A DNA stretch of 33,536 bases from Candidatus Sysuiplasma jiujiangense (GCA_019721075.1 JAHEAD010000020.1:1-33536), one strand, 5' to 3'. Numbered from the stretch's first letter, positions 18,169 through 28,269 are shown. Numbers and translations are program-made. Notes: generated by a model not told the origin, from the letters alone.

Positions 18169-19617
18169 CGTCTGAACGGCATCCGGCCTGAGCTGCTCAT
18201 GGAGAATTGCATCGAGCTCCAGGAGGAAGGCTTCCTCCCTGCCCGTATCAATTGTTGCACCTGCCGCTATGCTGTGCCCCCCGCCCACTCCGCCTACCCG
18301 TTCAGCTGCAGTCCTTACAGCATCCGACAGATTAAGACCATTCTGAACAAGCTCCGTGGTTCCCCTGCATGAAACCTTGACTTTTCCCTCGGAATAGGCA
18401 AAACCTACTACAACCTTTGTCTCGTCGACTTCTTTGGATTTCATCATTATGCCTGCAATTGTTCCGACAATCGAGTCCGGTGCTCTATCTCTGGTGTGGA
18501 AGTACTGAAGACTGCCCATCTGATTCAACCCCTCCAGCTTGACCATCTTTATTGTATTCGCCACATTTTTCCGGTGCTCCTGCAGCAGTGAAATTGCTTC
18601 GTCCAAAACAGTTCCCCTTACACCCAGGCACAATTCGAGACCGGTTGAGTATTTCTCATACCTGCCGCAAGCATTGATCAGCGTTGCAAATTCCTTCGCA
18701 TCCCTTGGCATTCTAGTGTCTTCTTCTGCTCTTGGATCCGTGATTATGTATGTTTCCCCAACTATTGCGTTGATATGTTCCGGAGAAGCATTATCGGCTA
18801 TCAGGCTCTGGACTATGAATGATACGATCCTCCTTCTGTCATCGGCCGAGATCTCATTCCATGTCCTTTCCTTCCCGCCTTCGCGGTAGCTCACGCCAAT
18901 GGAATCCAGCATTCGTACGGACGCACCGGGCTCGGAAGATATGCCGGGAATCGGCGGATCAACAGAGTATTCCAGCAGCTTGCTCAGCGGTCTTGTTTCC
19001 TTTCCGTAGAATCTTGCATCGCGAAGTATCCTGACGCTTCCTGCAGAGACAGCTTCCTCCAGTACGATTCTGTTCAGTCCCGTAAGTCTGCCGTACCTTG
19101 AATCCTGTAGATCGCCGACAGCTCCGACCAGGGAAACCGCGGCCATATCGCTGTTTCTGCTGTCAACAGCTCTTGAAATAAAGAATGCTGTAGTGGATGA
19201 AGATATTTCAGTGGAACCTTCTATGCCGAAAAGGTGGGCATTGAGGTGGTGAATCGTGCTTTCTGCGAGCTTGAAACTGCCGTTGTCAAGCGTCAGCGGA
19301 TTTTCGATTTCGGGTTCATGGTGGTCCGCTATCACCATGTTCATGCCCGAGAATTTGGAAAGATAACCGGAGCCGAGATCATTCATCCAAACCAGGCTGT
19401 CTTTCTTGGATTTGACAAGTTCGATAGCCCTGTCGTCGAGTTTCTTGAGGAAGCTTATTTCGACAGGAATCGAAAGCCTTCGTGCAGTCTCGTAAGCGAT
19501 AGATCCGGAGGTGATGCCGTCCGCATCTATATGCGTGAATATGGAAATCCTGCTAGCCTCCTTCACTGCTCTTGCAACACGTTTGGCTTCTTCGGTGAAA
19601 AGCCTCTGGGCATTCAT
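18145..19617 (-). CDS. Archaeal RecJ-like DHH/DHHA1 nuclease (GAN/Cdc45-related family)
   Basis: Motifs HIDADG, NDLGSG, ADHH, GAVGDLQD, LINACGR and GGGHSIAAGA. Confidence 0.9.
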   Translation of the reverse strand: MNAQRLFTEEAKRVARAVKEASRISIFTHIDADGITSGSIAYETARRLSIPVEISFLKKLDDRAIELVKSKKDSLVWMNDLGSGYLSKFSGMNMVIADHHEPEIENPLTLDNGSFKLAESTIHHLNAHLFGIEGSTEISSSTTAFFISRAVDSRNSDMAAVSLVGAVGDLQDSRYGRLTGLNRIVLEEAVSAGSVRILRDARFYGKETRPLSKLLEYSVDPPIPGISSEPGASVRMLDSIGVSYREGGKERTWNEISADDRRRIVSFIVQSLIADNASPEHINAIVGETYIITDPRAEEDTRMPRDAKEFATLINACGRYEKYSTGLELCLGVRGTVLDEAISLLQEHRKNVANTIKMVKLEGLNQMGSLQYFHTRDRAPDSIVGTIAGIMMKSKEVDETKVVVGFAYSEGKVKVSCRGTTELVQNGLNLSDAVRTAAERVGGVGGGHSIAAGATIDTGREEAFLLELDAILHEQLRPDAVQTSVPDKPE

Positions 19618-20358
19618 TCAGTACCCCTCCATGTACTCGGAACACATCATATCCCTTATCTTCATTGACAGTGGATAAAGGTTGCAGGTGTCTTCGCTGT
19701 TATATAATGTCAGCATGTTCAGAAATGCTCTTCGCCCCGTTCTTGTCCATGACTTCCACAATTGCACAGCTCTGCCGTTGACGGAGAGTTCTACAATCCT
19801 GCTTCTCTTGATGCAGAGTTCCCTTTCAATCTTTTTCAGACCTCCCCTCAAGCCCAGCTGATTTGCGATGGGAAGTAGGTCCACGGCTGCGTAACTGTCT
19901 TCGATATCCGGAAACAGTCGTTTCAGGAAACGAAGATCATGCCTCGCACCGTTATAGAATACAAGAATCTTTGAATCTCCAAGCTTTTCGGCGATATTCT
20001 TCCTGTTCAGATCCTTTCCCTTCAGCAGGAAGGAGTAGCTGTTATTCCTGCAAATTCCAACAATCGCCGGATTCGCATATTTTCCATAGCCGTCCATTTC
20101 GATATCCACAAACGCGCATGAGTTTTCAAAATCGAACAGCAGGCGCCACCGTTCGGCGGGTCTGAGACGTCTGGCGAAATAGACCGCATCCATCCTTTTG
20201 AAGGCGTTCTCCGCTTCCTCCATTTCATGCCGTAAACGCGGGCTCGCGGAAATTCCAGATTCAGGAAGGTCATTCCAGTCCATGCATCCATTTCTCCAGA
20301 GACCCCTTTCCCTTGCGACTCCAATGCCGCCGAATATTATGAATGTACTGCGCATCAT
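19618..20358 (-). CDS. YprB-like RNase H-fold (DEDD) exonuclease
   Basis: N-terminal HhH-like 'GGIGVARERGLW', then FVDIEMDG, FYNGARHDL, GGLKKIERELCI and YNSEDT. The stop abuts the RecJ-like ATG. Confidence 0.85.
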   Translation of the reverse strand: MMRSTFIIFGGIGVARERGLWRNGCMDWNDLPESGISASPRLRHEMEEAENAFKRMDAVYFARRLRPAERWRLLFDFENSCAFVDIEMDGYGKYANPAIVGICRNNSYSFLLKGKDLNRKNIAEKLGDSKILVFYNGARHDLRFLKRLFPDIEDSYAAVDLLPIANQLGLRGGLKKIERELCIKRSRIVELSVNGRAVQLWKSWTRTGRRAFLNMLTLYNSEDTCNLYPLSMKIRDMMCSEYMEGY

Positions 20359-20483
20359 TCAGAATCAACTGTTCTCCAGTCTTCCAGAGGATGTCATAGA
20401 TTAAGTTTTCCCGGACCGGCCCGAAGCGACGCCGAACAGTCACAGTTTTAGGTTAAGGAGCAATAGGATGCGAAGGTAGAGGC

Positions 20484-21245
20484 ATGAACAGGGAATACCG
20501 TCTGAATGACAATCTGATAATAAGCGGTCTCGGCCTTGTCTACATACCTGACGAAGAGACAGTAGGCATATCCGATCTGCATCTTGGATTCGAGATGTAT
20601 CTCGAGTCTGAAGGCGTGCATCTACCGAGAGTGCAGTTGAAGATTGAGGAGGAGAGACTGAGTACAATCATCGAGGACTATTCCCCCTCGACTGTTCTGA
20701 TAAACGGCGATGTGAAGCATGAATTCAGCAGAAACACGCCGCAGGAATGGATAGAGATCAAGAGGCTCTTCTCGCTTCTTACCAGCAAATGCAGAGTCCT
20801 GATCGTGAGAGGGAATCACGACAATTACATTCTAAACATCGCCAGCAGGTACGGAATCAGGGTGGTGCGATCGGCCAGCATAGGCAACTGCCAATTTTCT
20901 CATGGCGACATGCTTGTGCCATCCAGCGGTGATCGGACGATCGTCATCGGCCATGAGCATCCGTCCATCAGGATAGTTGACAATGTGAGTGCTTCAGTCA
21001 AATTCCCTGCTTTCGTTTACTTCAGGCGAAACCCGCTCCTGATATTGCCGGCTTTCAGCCCTTTTGCTCTCGGAACGGATGTAATCTCAGACTGGTGGAG
21101 CTTTCAGAGTCCGTATCTGAAGGGGAGGGATAGCGGGGATGCTGTGATATATGCCGTTGTCAACAGCAGATTGAGGAAGCTCGGAAAGCTGTCCGATGTC
21201 CGCAATGCGCATTCAGGCACATCAGATGCATGGCAGGAGGATTGA
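20484..21245 (+). CDS. Calcineurin-like metallophosphoesterase (SbcD/Mre11-related, PdeM/MPE type)
   Basis: Motifs SDLHLG, NGDVKHEF, RGNHD, SHGD, GHEHP and LPAFS. Confidence 0.88.
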   Translation: MNREYRLNDNLIISGLGLVYIPDEETVGISDLHLGFEMYLESEGVHLPRVQLKIEEERLSTIIEDYSPSTVLINGDVKHEFSRNTPQEWIEIKRLFSLLTSKCRVLIVRGNHDNYILNIASRYGIRVVRSASIGNCQFSHGDMLVPSSGDRTIVIGHEHPSIRIVDNVSASVKFPAFVYFRRNPLLILPAFSPFALGTDVISDWWSFQSPYLKGRDSGDAVIYAVVNSRLRKLGKLSDVRNAHSGTSDAWQED

Positions 21246-21254
21246 ATCCCTCGC

Positions 21255-22214
21255 TCACAGAGGCCTGAGGGTTGCGTTTTTCGGTATGCCGAGTATTTTC
21301 CTCACTCGCATGTGGCTCTGCAAAGGCGTTTCTATCGTATTCAGCAGATAAACGTCCGTCTGCTTTAGCAGCATTCCATATGCCTTCTTTCTCAATTTCA
21401 GCTTTCTTTCGTTTTGAACAAGAAAATGCGGATTGCAGAAGTTGTTTTTCACGAGATAATCAAGCGCCTCCTCTGCATCCATCTTCCGTACGGGCTCCCT
21501 GTCCCTGCTGTCCCTTTTAAGCAGTATGACGTGTTTCAGCGGGACGCTGTCCCTTATGTTTCCGCGCCCGACGATCCGGCTTATATCGACTACGGCCCTG
21601 TCCTTGTTGTCGAATCTTGCAATCTTGACGAGTTTTTCATATTCATGCCACACGTCGCCGACGTCTGCGCGGATGTATGACTCATTCTCTGAACCGTAGG
21701 CAATGACGTCGCCGTTGAAAAAACGGAAGAAATGCCAGTCATCGCCTATGAACCTGACATTTTTAAGCCTCATCAGCCCGTATGCTGTTGTTGTCTTACC
21801 CGTCCCTGACGGCGCAATGATGGAAACGCCGTGTCCGTCCACGTCGAGGCAGGCACCGTGTATTGAATAGATGTCATGGTTCTCCTCCATCACATCCCCT
21901 GCGATTGCAAGGGCAATACTCTTGACATAGCCGTAATAGTCCGTGTCAAGGAGAAAGGCAGTATTGCTCAGCGGATCATACTTAACTGTCTCCTCCCCGC
22001 CTATGTTCCGTACGAAAAGCCTTCCATGGGAATGTATGGTGTGCATTATAGGAAACCAGTTTCTTCTCCACTCGTCAGCCCAGTAGTCTATATCTGTGTT
22101 CAGCTTTATGCAGACGCCCGAGATGTTTGCCTTCAGGCCGTACGGCAGATTGTTTCCCAGATTTTCGAGCAGTTTTTCCCTTTCTTCCGGAGTGATGATT
22201 TCCTTCCTGTACAT
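21255..22214 (-). CDS. HPr-kinase/PEPCK-fold P-loop kinase-like protein
   Basis: 'IHGACLDVDGHGVSIIAPSGTGKTT' followed by 'FIGDDW'. Start moved to ATG 22214, which follows SD-like 'aggaga'. Confidence 0.8.
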   Translation of the reverse strand: MYRKEIITPEEREKLLENLGNNLPYGLKANISGVCIKLNTDIDYWADEWRRNWFPIMHTIHSHGRLFVRNIGGEETVKYDPLSNTAFLLDTDYYGYVKSIALAIAGDVMEENHDIYSIHGACLDVDGHGVSIIAPSGTGKTTTAYGLMRLKNVRFIGDDWHFFRFFNGDVIAYGSENESYIRADVGDVWHEYEKLVKIARFDNKDRAVVDISRIVGRGNIRDSVPLKHVILLKRDSRDREPVRKMDAEEALDYLVKNNFCNPHFLVQNERKLKLRKKAYGMLLKQTDVYLLNTIETPLQSHMRVRKILGIPKNATLRPL

Positions 22215-23034
22215 TTTTCCAGTCTCCTGTCGGAACAAATTCCCGGTCCGTGCAACCTGTAAGATTTGTTTTCGATGACACCTTATCAAGGTCACTACTT
22301 TAACTTTTGTAACACGGACTGTCGCATAGTGCATATCAGCAGGTGCACTATTCCCTGATGAAGCTGTTCAGACAAAGAAAGGTGCGCGATTGAAGCGCAG
22401 ACTGCTGCCACTTAAACTCTTCAGCGACATCATCACTGAATTCGAGATTGCACTCCCCTCCTCCTGGAAACAAAGCACAGGTCCTTCAAATCCTATATCA
22501 GAGCAGCCGCTTTTATGGAAATTGGCTGATGTGAATGCGGCTTCGCCTCCTTCAGCCAGGACACACTGTATCCGCAGCCATCCCCTTCGACATTGCCTGC
22601 TTCTGTGGAAATCCGCGCACCTGTATTGGCCACGATTAGCGCATCCTGATGAGTCGTAAAGATGTATGACGCTTGCATGAATATCCTGTTACTGAGCATG
22701 ATGGGGGTAACGTTGCAGGCGGCATAAATGCAGTCAAAGCGTGTTCCGGGTCTCTTTCGATCTGCTGGAATCCAGTCGGCGGAGTCTATTGGCATCAAAT
22801 AGCCGGAAACTGCCAGTGTTCATGTCGACATTGTTGACTGAAATCGCGAGCTTCGGAAGCGCTGAAACCGTCAGGAGCTAAAACATCTGTTCCCTGTCCA
22901 AGCGGTTTTGCGAAAGCCGGTAACAACGGCACTTTATGGACAGTAAGAGGACTGCAGGACGATGTGAACTGTGCAGCCAGGCCGTCGCGGTCCTGCAACT
23001 TGTTTTTATGCAACCTCCACATTCATTTAGCCCG

Positions 23035-23901
23035 ATGAACGGTCATTCGGAATTCAAAATTGCACTTGTCAAACTGGGCGGGAGCGTTCTGACTAACAAG
23101 TCCAGGCTACGGTCTTTTTCAGAATTGGATGGACGAAGACTCGCTTCAGAAGTTAAGGGATATGCACTTAAGGGGGGGAGACGAAGGCTGGTTCTGGTGC
23201 ATGGCGGAGGATCATTCGGGCATATAAGGGCAAAGAAATACGGACTTTCTGCTGGCTTCAAGGAGAGATATCAGCTCGCCGGGTTCGCGCAGGTCAGGAA
23301 CGACATGAGGGATCTGAACGCCAGGGTTGTCGGGAATCTTGTCGACGAGGGGATTCCAGCCATTTCATTTCCACCCGAGACATTTTTAAAGGTGCGTGAC
23401 GGCATTGTGGTAAAAACGGAGACAGAGGCGCTGGAAAGGTGCGTTGCTGCAGGCATTGTGCCGGTGTCCTTTGGTGATGCAGTCATAGACATGGGCAAAA
23501 CATTCGGCATACTTTCCGGTGATGCAGTCATGTTGTCGCTGAGCATTGCGCTGCAACCGGCAATCTCGGTCTTCTGCACAGACGTTGACGGCGTCTTCGA
23601 CTCGAACCCGAAATTGTCAGGCGACGCGAGACTGGTCAGGCGACTGAGCGGGTCTGAGTATGTGAATACGGACGCACAGTACATTCACGATGTCACGGGC
23701 GAAATGGGCGGAAAGCTGAAATTTCTTTTTGACATTGCGGAGAACAGCGGAAGGACTCTCGTCATTAACGGCAAGGTCCGGACAAGACTGGAAAGAGCGC
23801 TTTCGGGCAGGCGCGTTACATCGACCGAAGTTATCCCCCGTTATTCACGATCCGGAGCAGGCGGTCCGGGGGAAGTGACTAGGTTTAATAATTTCCATTG
23901 A
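23035..23901 (+). CDS. ipk: Isopentenyl phosphate kinase
   Basis: Amino-acid-kinase fold motifs KLGGSVLTNK, VHGGGSFGH, LSGD, DVDGV and DVTGEMGGK, next to fni/idsA. ATG 23035 follows TATA-like 'tttttat'. Confidence 0.9.
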   Translation: MNGHSEFKIALVKLGGSVLTNKSRLRSFSELDGRRLASEVKGYALKGGRRRLVLVHGGGSFGHIRAKKYGLSAGFKERYQLAGFAQVRNDMRDLNARVVGNLVDEGIPAISFPPETFLKVRDGIVVKTETEALERCVAAGIVPVSFGDAVIDMGKTFGILSGDAVMLSLSIALQPAISVFCTDVDGVFDSNPKLSGDARLVRRLSGSEYVNTDAQYIHDVTGEMGGKLKFLFDIAENSGRTLVINGKVRTRLERALSGRRVTSTEVIPRYSRSGAGGPGEVTRFNNFH

Positions 23902-23920
23902 ATGTCTCAGCAGGATAGGA

Positions 23921-25045
23921 TTGGCAAATTCATCTTTTATTGAAGAGAATGTGAATAACGTACTGCAGGGTGACTGTTCAGACATAATGCAGCGGTTTCC
24001 GCCGGAATCGGTCGATCTGATATTTGCGGATCCGCCCTACAACCTGCAACTGAACGGTGAGCTGCTGAGACCCAACCAGACAGTGGTTGATGCGGTAAGG
24101 GATGAATGGGACAGGTTCGGCAGCTTCGGGGAGTATGACGAATTTACCGGCAGATGGCTCTCCGGGTGCAGAAGAATACTGAAACGAAACGGTGCTATCT
24201 GGGTAATCGGCACATACCACAATATATTCCGCATTGGCAGAATTATGCAGGATCTGGGATTCTGGATACTCAATGACGTGGTTTGGATTAAAACAAATCC
24301 GATGCCGAATTTCAAGGGAACAAGGTTTACCAATGCGCACGAGACACTGATCCTTGCGGTTAAAAATGCAGGCTCGAAATATACATTCCATTATAAATCA
24401 ATGAAAGCCTACAATGACGGGCTCCAGATGCGGAGCGACTGGGAGATTCCGATATGCGGCAGGAAAGAGAGAATCATGTCAGCCGGCAGAAAGGCACACT
24501 CCACGCAGAAACCGCTTGAACTGTTGATGCGCGTACTGCTTTCCACATCGAGTCCTGGAGACCTCGTGCTTGATCCGTTCGCCGGCACAGGCACTACACT
24601 CATTGCGGCAAAACAGCTGGGAAGAAGATATATCGGGATCGAACGTAATGAGACATACGCACGCATCGCGCTCAAACGTCTTGCATCTGTGGCACCGCAT
24701 CCTCCGGGCATACTCGCCTATCCAATGGAACGGCGGGAAGCGAGGATCCCCTTCGGAAGCCTTGTTTCGAATGGATATGCGGCGGCAGGGGAAACGCTAT
24801 ATTCAAAGGACAGGCAGCACTCTGCGACGATTCTCGCAGGCGGAGCGATATTGTCCGGCAATGTGAGCGGAAGCATCCATTATGTGAGCGCCCGCCTGCA
24901 AGGCAAACCGGAATCGAACGGCTGGTCATTCTGGCATGTCGAACGGAATGGAAAACTTGTGTCAATTGATGATCTCAGGAAGAAATTCAGGGAGGAGGTG
25001 TTTGCCTCCCCATGTCCTGTGGATTGGGAAACCCGGCAGGACTGA
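23921..25045 (+). CDS. Beta-class N6-adenine DNA methyltransferase, CcrM/M.HinfI-like (predicted GANTC)
   Basis: Motifs DPPYNLQL, WVIGTYHNIFR, NPMPNFKGTRFTNAHETLI, QMRSDW, HSTQKP and DPFAGTGTT. CcrM-type C-terminal domain 'SGSIH...NGWSFW...IDDLR'. Confidence 0.92.
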   Translation: MANSSFIEENVNNVLQGDCSDIMQRFPPESVDLIFADPPYNLQLNGELLRPNQTVVDAVRDEWDRFGSFGEYDEFTGRWLSGCRRILKRNGAIWVIGTYHNIFRIGRIMQDLGFWILNDVVWIKTNPMPNFKGTRFTNAHETLILAVKNAGSKYTFHYKSMKAYNDGLQMRSDWEIPICGRKERIMSAGRKAHSTQKPLELLMRVLLSTSSPGDLVLDPFAGTGTTLIAAKQLGRRYIGIERNETYARIALKRLASVAPHPPGILAYPMERREARIPFGSLVSNGYAAAGETLYSKDRQHSATILAGGAILSGNVSGSIHYVSARLQGKPESNGWSFWHVERNGKLVSIDDLRKKFREEVFASPCPVDWETRQD

Positions 25046-25119
25046 ATTTCCGCTCGTTCGTTTCATGACCATTTTGGTAGCAGTTACGAAACTTTTATTC
25101 ACAGGGCATTAATCCTGTA

Positions 25120-26238
25120 ATGAAACCGCCGGAATTAATGCAACGGAATTGTGATATTGTGCCAGAAAGTTCTTCGAATGGAGTTACCGAGAAGAGAAAA
25201 GGGGAGCATATCGATATTGTGATGAACGAAAAAGTCCGCGCGAACTTCAATTACTGGGATGATATAACCCTCGTGCACAATTCGCTCCCTGAGATGGACT
25301 TCGATTCCATATCGCTGGAAACAAGATTCATGGGTGCAAGGATCGCGGCACCCATAATAATCTCGGGCATGACTGGCGGGTTTGACAGGGCGCTTAAGAT
25401 CAACAGAAATCTTGCCGAGGCCGCTTCGGAGCTGCGCATACCGATGGGTGTGGGCAGCCAGAGAGCAGCAATAGAGAACAGCGACCTGGAGAGAACATAC
25501 AGCGTTGTGTCGGACTATGACATACCTCTGGTCATTGCAAACATCGGTGCTCCGCAGCTCGTGCGACAGTCAGGGAAGAGGGCATACGGCCTCGAGGACG
25601 CCAGGAAGGCCATGAAAATGATAGATGCAGATCTGCTTGCAATTCACCTGAATTACCTGCAGGAGGTTGTCCAGCCGGAGGGGGACAGGGCAGCTAAGGG
25701 TGTCCTCAGGGCGATACGGGAGATAGCCGGCGAGGTGCCGGTGATGGCGAAGGAGACTGGCGGCGGAATAAGCCGTAAGGTTGCATTGAAACTCAAAGGG
25801 GCCGGTGTTGCCGCAATCGATGTCGGCGGTCTCGGAGGAACAAGCTGGTCTGCAGTCGAATATCACAGAGCCAGACGCAAGGGAAACGCGCTTGGAGAGA
25901 AACTGGGCAGTGTGTTCTGGAATTGGGGGATACCGACCCCAGTTTCCGTCATCCAGTCCAGCGTGGGACTGCCGGTAGTGGCAACTGGTGGTATCAGGAA
26001 TGGGCTTGACGCAGCAAAAGCTATTTGCATCGGGGCGTCTTGTGCTGGACTGGCGGGAGCGCTGATAGGGCCTGCGACCGAAGGGAGGAGGGCAGTAATG
26101 AATACACTTTCGGGCATATTGGAAGAGCTGAAAGTCGCGATGTTCCTGACCGGTGCCAGAGATGTGAAGAGGATGGCAGGAAAGGGCTGCCTGCTAAGCG
26201 GCAGAACATGGGAGTGGATTTCGTCCACGGCCCAATGA
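25120..26238 (+). CDS. fni: Type 2 (FMN-dependent) isopentenyl-diphosphate isomerase
   Basis: Motifs RKGEHI, GMTGG, GVGSQRAA, IHLNYLQEVVQPEG, KETGGG, GGTSW and WGIPT. Confidence 0.96.
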   Translation: MKPPELMQRNCDIVPESSSNGVTEKRKGEHIDIVMNEKVRANFNYWDDITLVHNSLPEMDFDSISLETRFMGARIAAPIIISGMTGGFDRALKINRNLAEAASELRIPMGVGSQRAAIENSDLERTYSVVSDYDIPLVIANIGAPQLVRQSGKRAYGLEDARKAMKMIDADLLAIHLNYLQEVVQPEGDRAAKGVLRAIREIAGEVPVMAKETGGGISRKVALKLKGAGVAAIDVGGLGGTSWSAVEYHRARRKGNALGEKLGSVFWNWGIPTPVSVIQSSVGLPVVATGGIRNGLDAAKAICIGASCAGLAGALIGPATEGRRAVMNTLSGILEELKVAMFLTGARDVKRMAGKGCLLSGRTWEWISSTAQ

Positions 26239-26274
26239 AAGTTACTGAAAATATCGGAAGCGGAAGTAGATAAA

Positions 26275-27258
26275 ATGAGTTTGATGGACAGATTGGCGGG
26301 CAGAAAGACAAGCATAAACAGAGAACTTGAGAAGAGCCTTGCTGTCGGTGACAACGAGACACTGAGGGAGGCAATGAAGCATTACCCTCTAGCCGGCGGA
26401 AAGAGGCTGAGACCGCTGCTTGCGTATCTTGTGGCCGAATCCATATCAGGCGACGGAGAGGCGACCATTCCCTTCGGTGTCGGACTTGAGCTCATACACA
26501 ATTTCACGCTGGTCCATGACGACATTATGGACAGATCTGATTTGAGGCGCGGTATTGCTTCGGTTCACAAGAAATTCGATGTTCCTACTGCAATTGTTGC
26601 CGGAGACGCGCTGTTTGCCCTTGCGTTTGAGCAGATATGCAGTCTGCAGATAGAGGACGCCCTCCTGCGGATTATTGTCGGCGACACCGCTCTGGCAGTC
26701 AGGGAAGTTGCGGAGGGTCAGCAGATGGATATGGAATTTGAGAAGAGATCCGATATAACAGTGAAGGACTACCTTTCAATGATAGACAAGAAAACGGCCA
26801 GGCTGTACTTCACCGCGGCAAGAACAGGTGCCATAATTTCAAGGGCGCCGCTGGAGCAGATAAGATCGATGGGAGACATGGGTTACCTCATGGGCATCGG
26901 TTTCCAGATATGGGACGATGTGCTCGACCTTGAAGGTGAGGAGGGCAAGACAGGGAAGCCGTTCGGAGGTGACATCAGGGAGGGCAAAAGGACCCTCATG
27001 GTCGTCTATGCCTTCAGCCATATGAAGGGAGAGGATAAGAAGACATTCCTGAGTGTTCTGGGCAACCAGAAGGCATCAAGGAAGTCGATAGAGGAGGCAG
27101 TCGGGCTGCTGCACAAATGTGGCGCTGTGTCATACGCGAAAAATTTTGCGCTGGAATATGTCAGAGAGGCCAAGGAACGTGCATCGTCCCTCAAATCCTC
27201 TGAAGCAAAGGATCTGCTTCTGGATCTCATCGATTACAGCGTCAGGCGCGACAACTGA
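26275..27258 (+). CDS. idsA: Short-chain polyprenyl (geranylgeranyl) diphosphate synthase
   Basis: GGKRLRP, first Asp-rich motif NFTLVHDDIMD with Phe at -5 (archaeal GGPPS pattern), EGQQMD and FQIWDDVLD. Confidence 0.93.
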   Translation: MSLMDRLAGRKTSINRELEKSLAVGDNETLREAMKHYPLAGGKRLRPLLAYLVAESISGDGEATIPFGVGLELIHNFTLVHDDIMDRSDLRRGIASVHKKFDVPTAIVAGDALFALAFEQICSLQIEDALLRIIVGDTALAVREVAEGQQMDMEFEKRSDITVKDYLSMIDKKTARLYFTAARTGAIISRAPLEQIRSMGDMGYLMGIGFQIWDDVLDLEGEEGKTGKPFGGDIREGKRTLMVVYAFSHMKGEDKKTFLSVLGNQKASRKSIEEAVGLLHKCGAVSYAKNFALEYVREAKERASSLKSSEAKDLLLDLIDYSVRRDN

Positions 27259-27306
27259 GACAATCAGCGCATCCGCAACGTCCGGATGAGACGGGCTGGG
27301 TGCCCT

Positions 27307-27969
27307 CTACTCTATACCGGCCTGTGTGATCCTGAAATCGACATATTCGGCGTCGCGCAGGTATCTGTGCTTGATTAGTGTTGCTTTCCTGCCGCCGCCG
27401 GAAACCTTTTCGAGGTAAAGTATCGTCTTGGCAGCATGATTGATCGCATGACCTCCAAGCGGTTCAAATGTTCCCTTATCGATGTTCGTATAAACCTGCG
27501 ATGTGACAATTACGGGTATGTCATACTTCCTGGCTGCGGAAAGAAGCATCGTGAGCTGTTCGCTCAGTTCCTTCCTGTCTTCCAGCTCTTCTGTTCTATA
27601 GGAACGAAATAGCATAGTCAGACTGTCGACAACAATGAGGCTTATTTTACCTCTTACTTCGATGAGCTTGATGCCCTTCTCGATGAGTTTTGTCTGCTCC
27701 CTGAAATCGTTCGGAGCGGAAAAAAGTATGCTCTTTGAGACCCTGTCGAAATTCGTGCCGGAGAGCTGCCTGAGCCTGTCCATCGAAACGCCCTCTGTAT
27801 CGATATATATTATCCTGCTGCCTGTAAGCGCGGAATTCCTTGAGGCAAGCAGACACAGGTTTGTCTTGCCGCTTCCGCCTTCCCCGTAAAGAAGGGTAAT
27901 TGTCGACGACTCAAAACCGCCATCCAGTAGCCTGTCTATCTTGGCAGAGCCGGTTGAGAGTTTGACCAC
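27307..27969 (-). CDS. radB: DNA repair and recombination protein RadB
   Basis: GEGGSGKTN, YIDTEG, IVVDS, TSQVY and the RadB-type 'LIKHR' motif, with no RadA N-terminal domain. Start moved to GTG 27969, about 25 nt after 'tttatttat'. Confidence 0.92.
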   Translation of the reverse strand: MVKLSTGSAKIDRLLDGGFESSTITLLYGEGGSGKTNLCLLASRNSALTGSRIIYIDTEGVSMDRLRQLSGTNFDRVSKSILFSAPNDFREQTKLIEKGIKLIEVRGKISLIVVDSLTMLFRSYRTEELEDRKELSEQLTMLLSAARKYDIPVIVTSQVYTNIDKGTFEPLGGHAINHAAKTILYLEKVSGGGRKATLIKHRYLRDAEYVDFRITQAGIE

Positions 27970-28269
27970 GGTGCGGTTGATGACTTCTTTCATAAATAAA
28001 TGCATCAGAAGCACTACAACACAAATCAGCGCGCAGTCAGGTTTGGCGGCGAAGTTCAAAACTGTTCCCGCCGGTCATGAGAAGTGCGATTTTGACTACC
28101 TTTCCCCCTCTGCCGTTATTGCCTGAGGGAATGATCTGCCTGCTGATGCGATTCTTGCAGCCGCAATTATATGGAAATATGAAAATCAATAATATCGTAC
28201 CGTCTGCATGCATACATACAGAAATTGTAAAGTATTGAATCCGCAATTGAAGTTGAGGAGATTGTCTTT

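Noticed and set aside
22493..22798. 'LIVANTGARIST' as a mevalonate kinase remnant
   Set aside because: Short, weak resemblance on the strand opposite ipk, with no GHMP P-x-x-x-G-L-G-S-S motif.
23035..26238. Restriction-modification system around the methyltransferase
   Set aside because: Both neighbours are isoprenoid enzymes and there is no room for an endonuclease gene.
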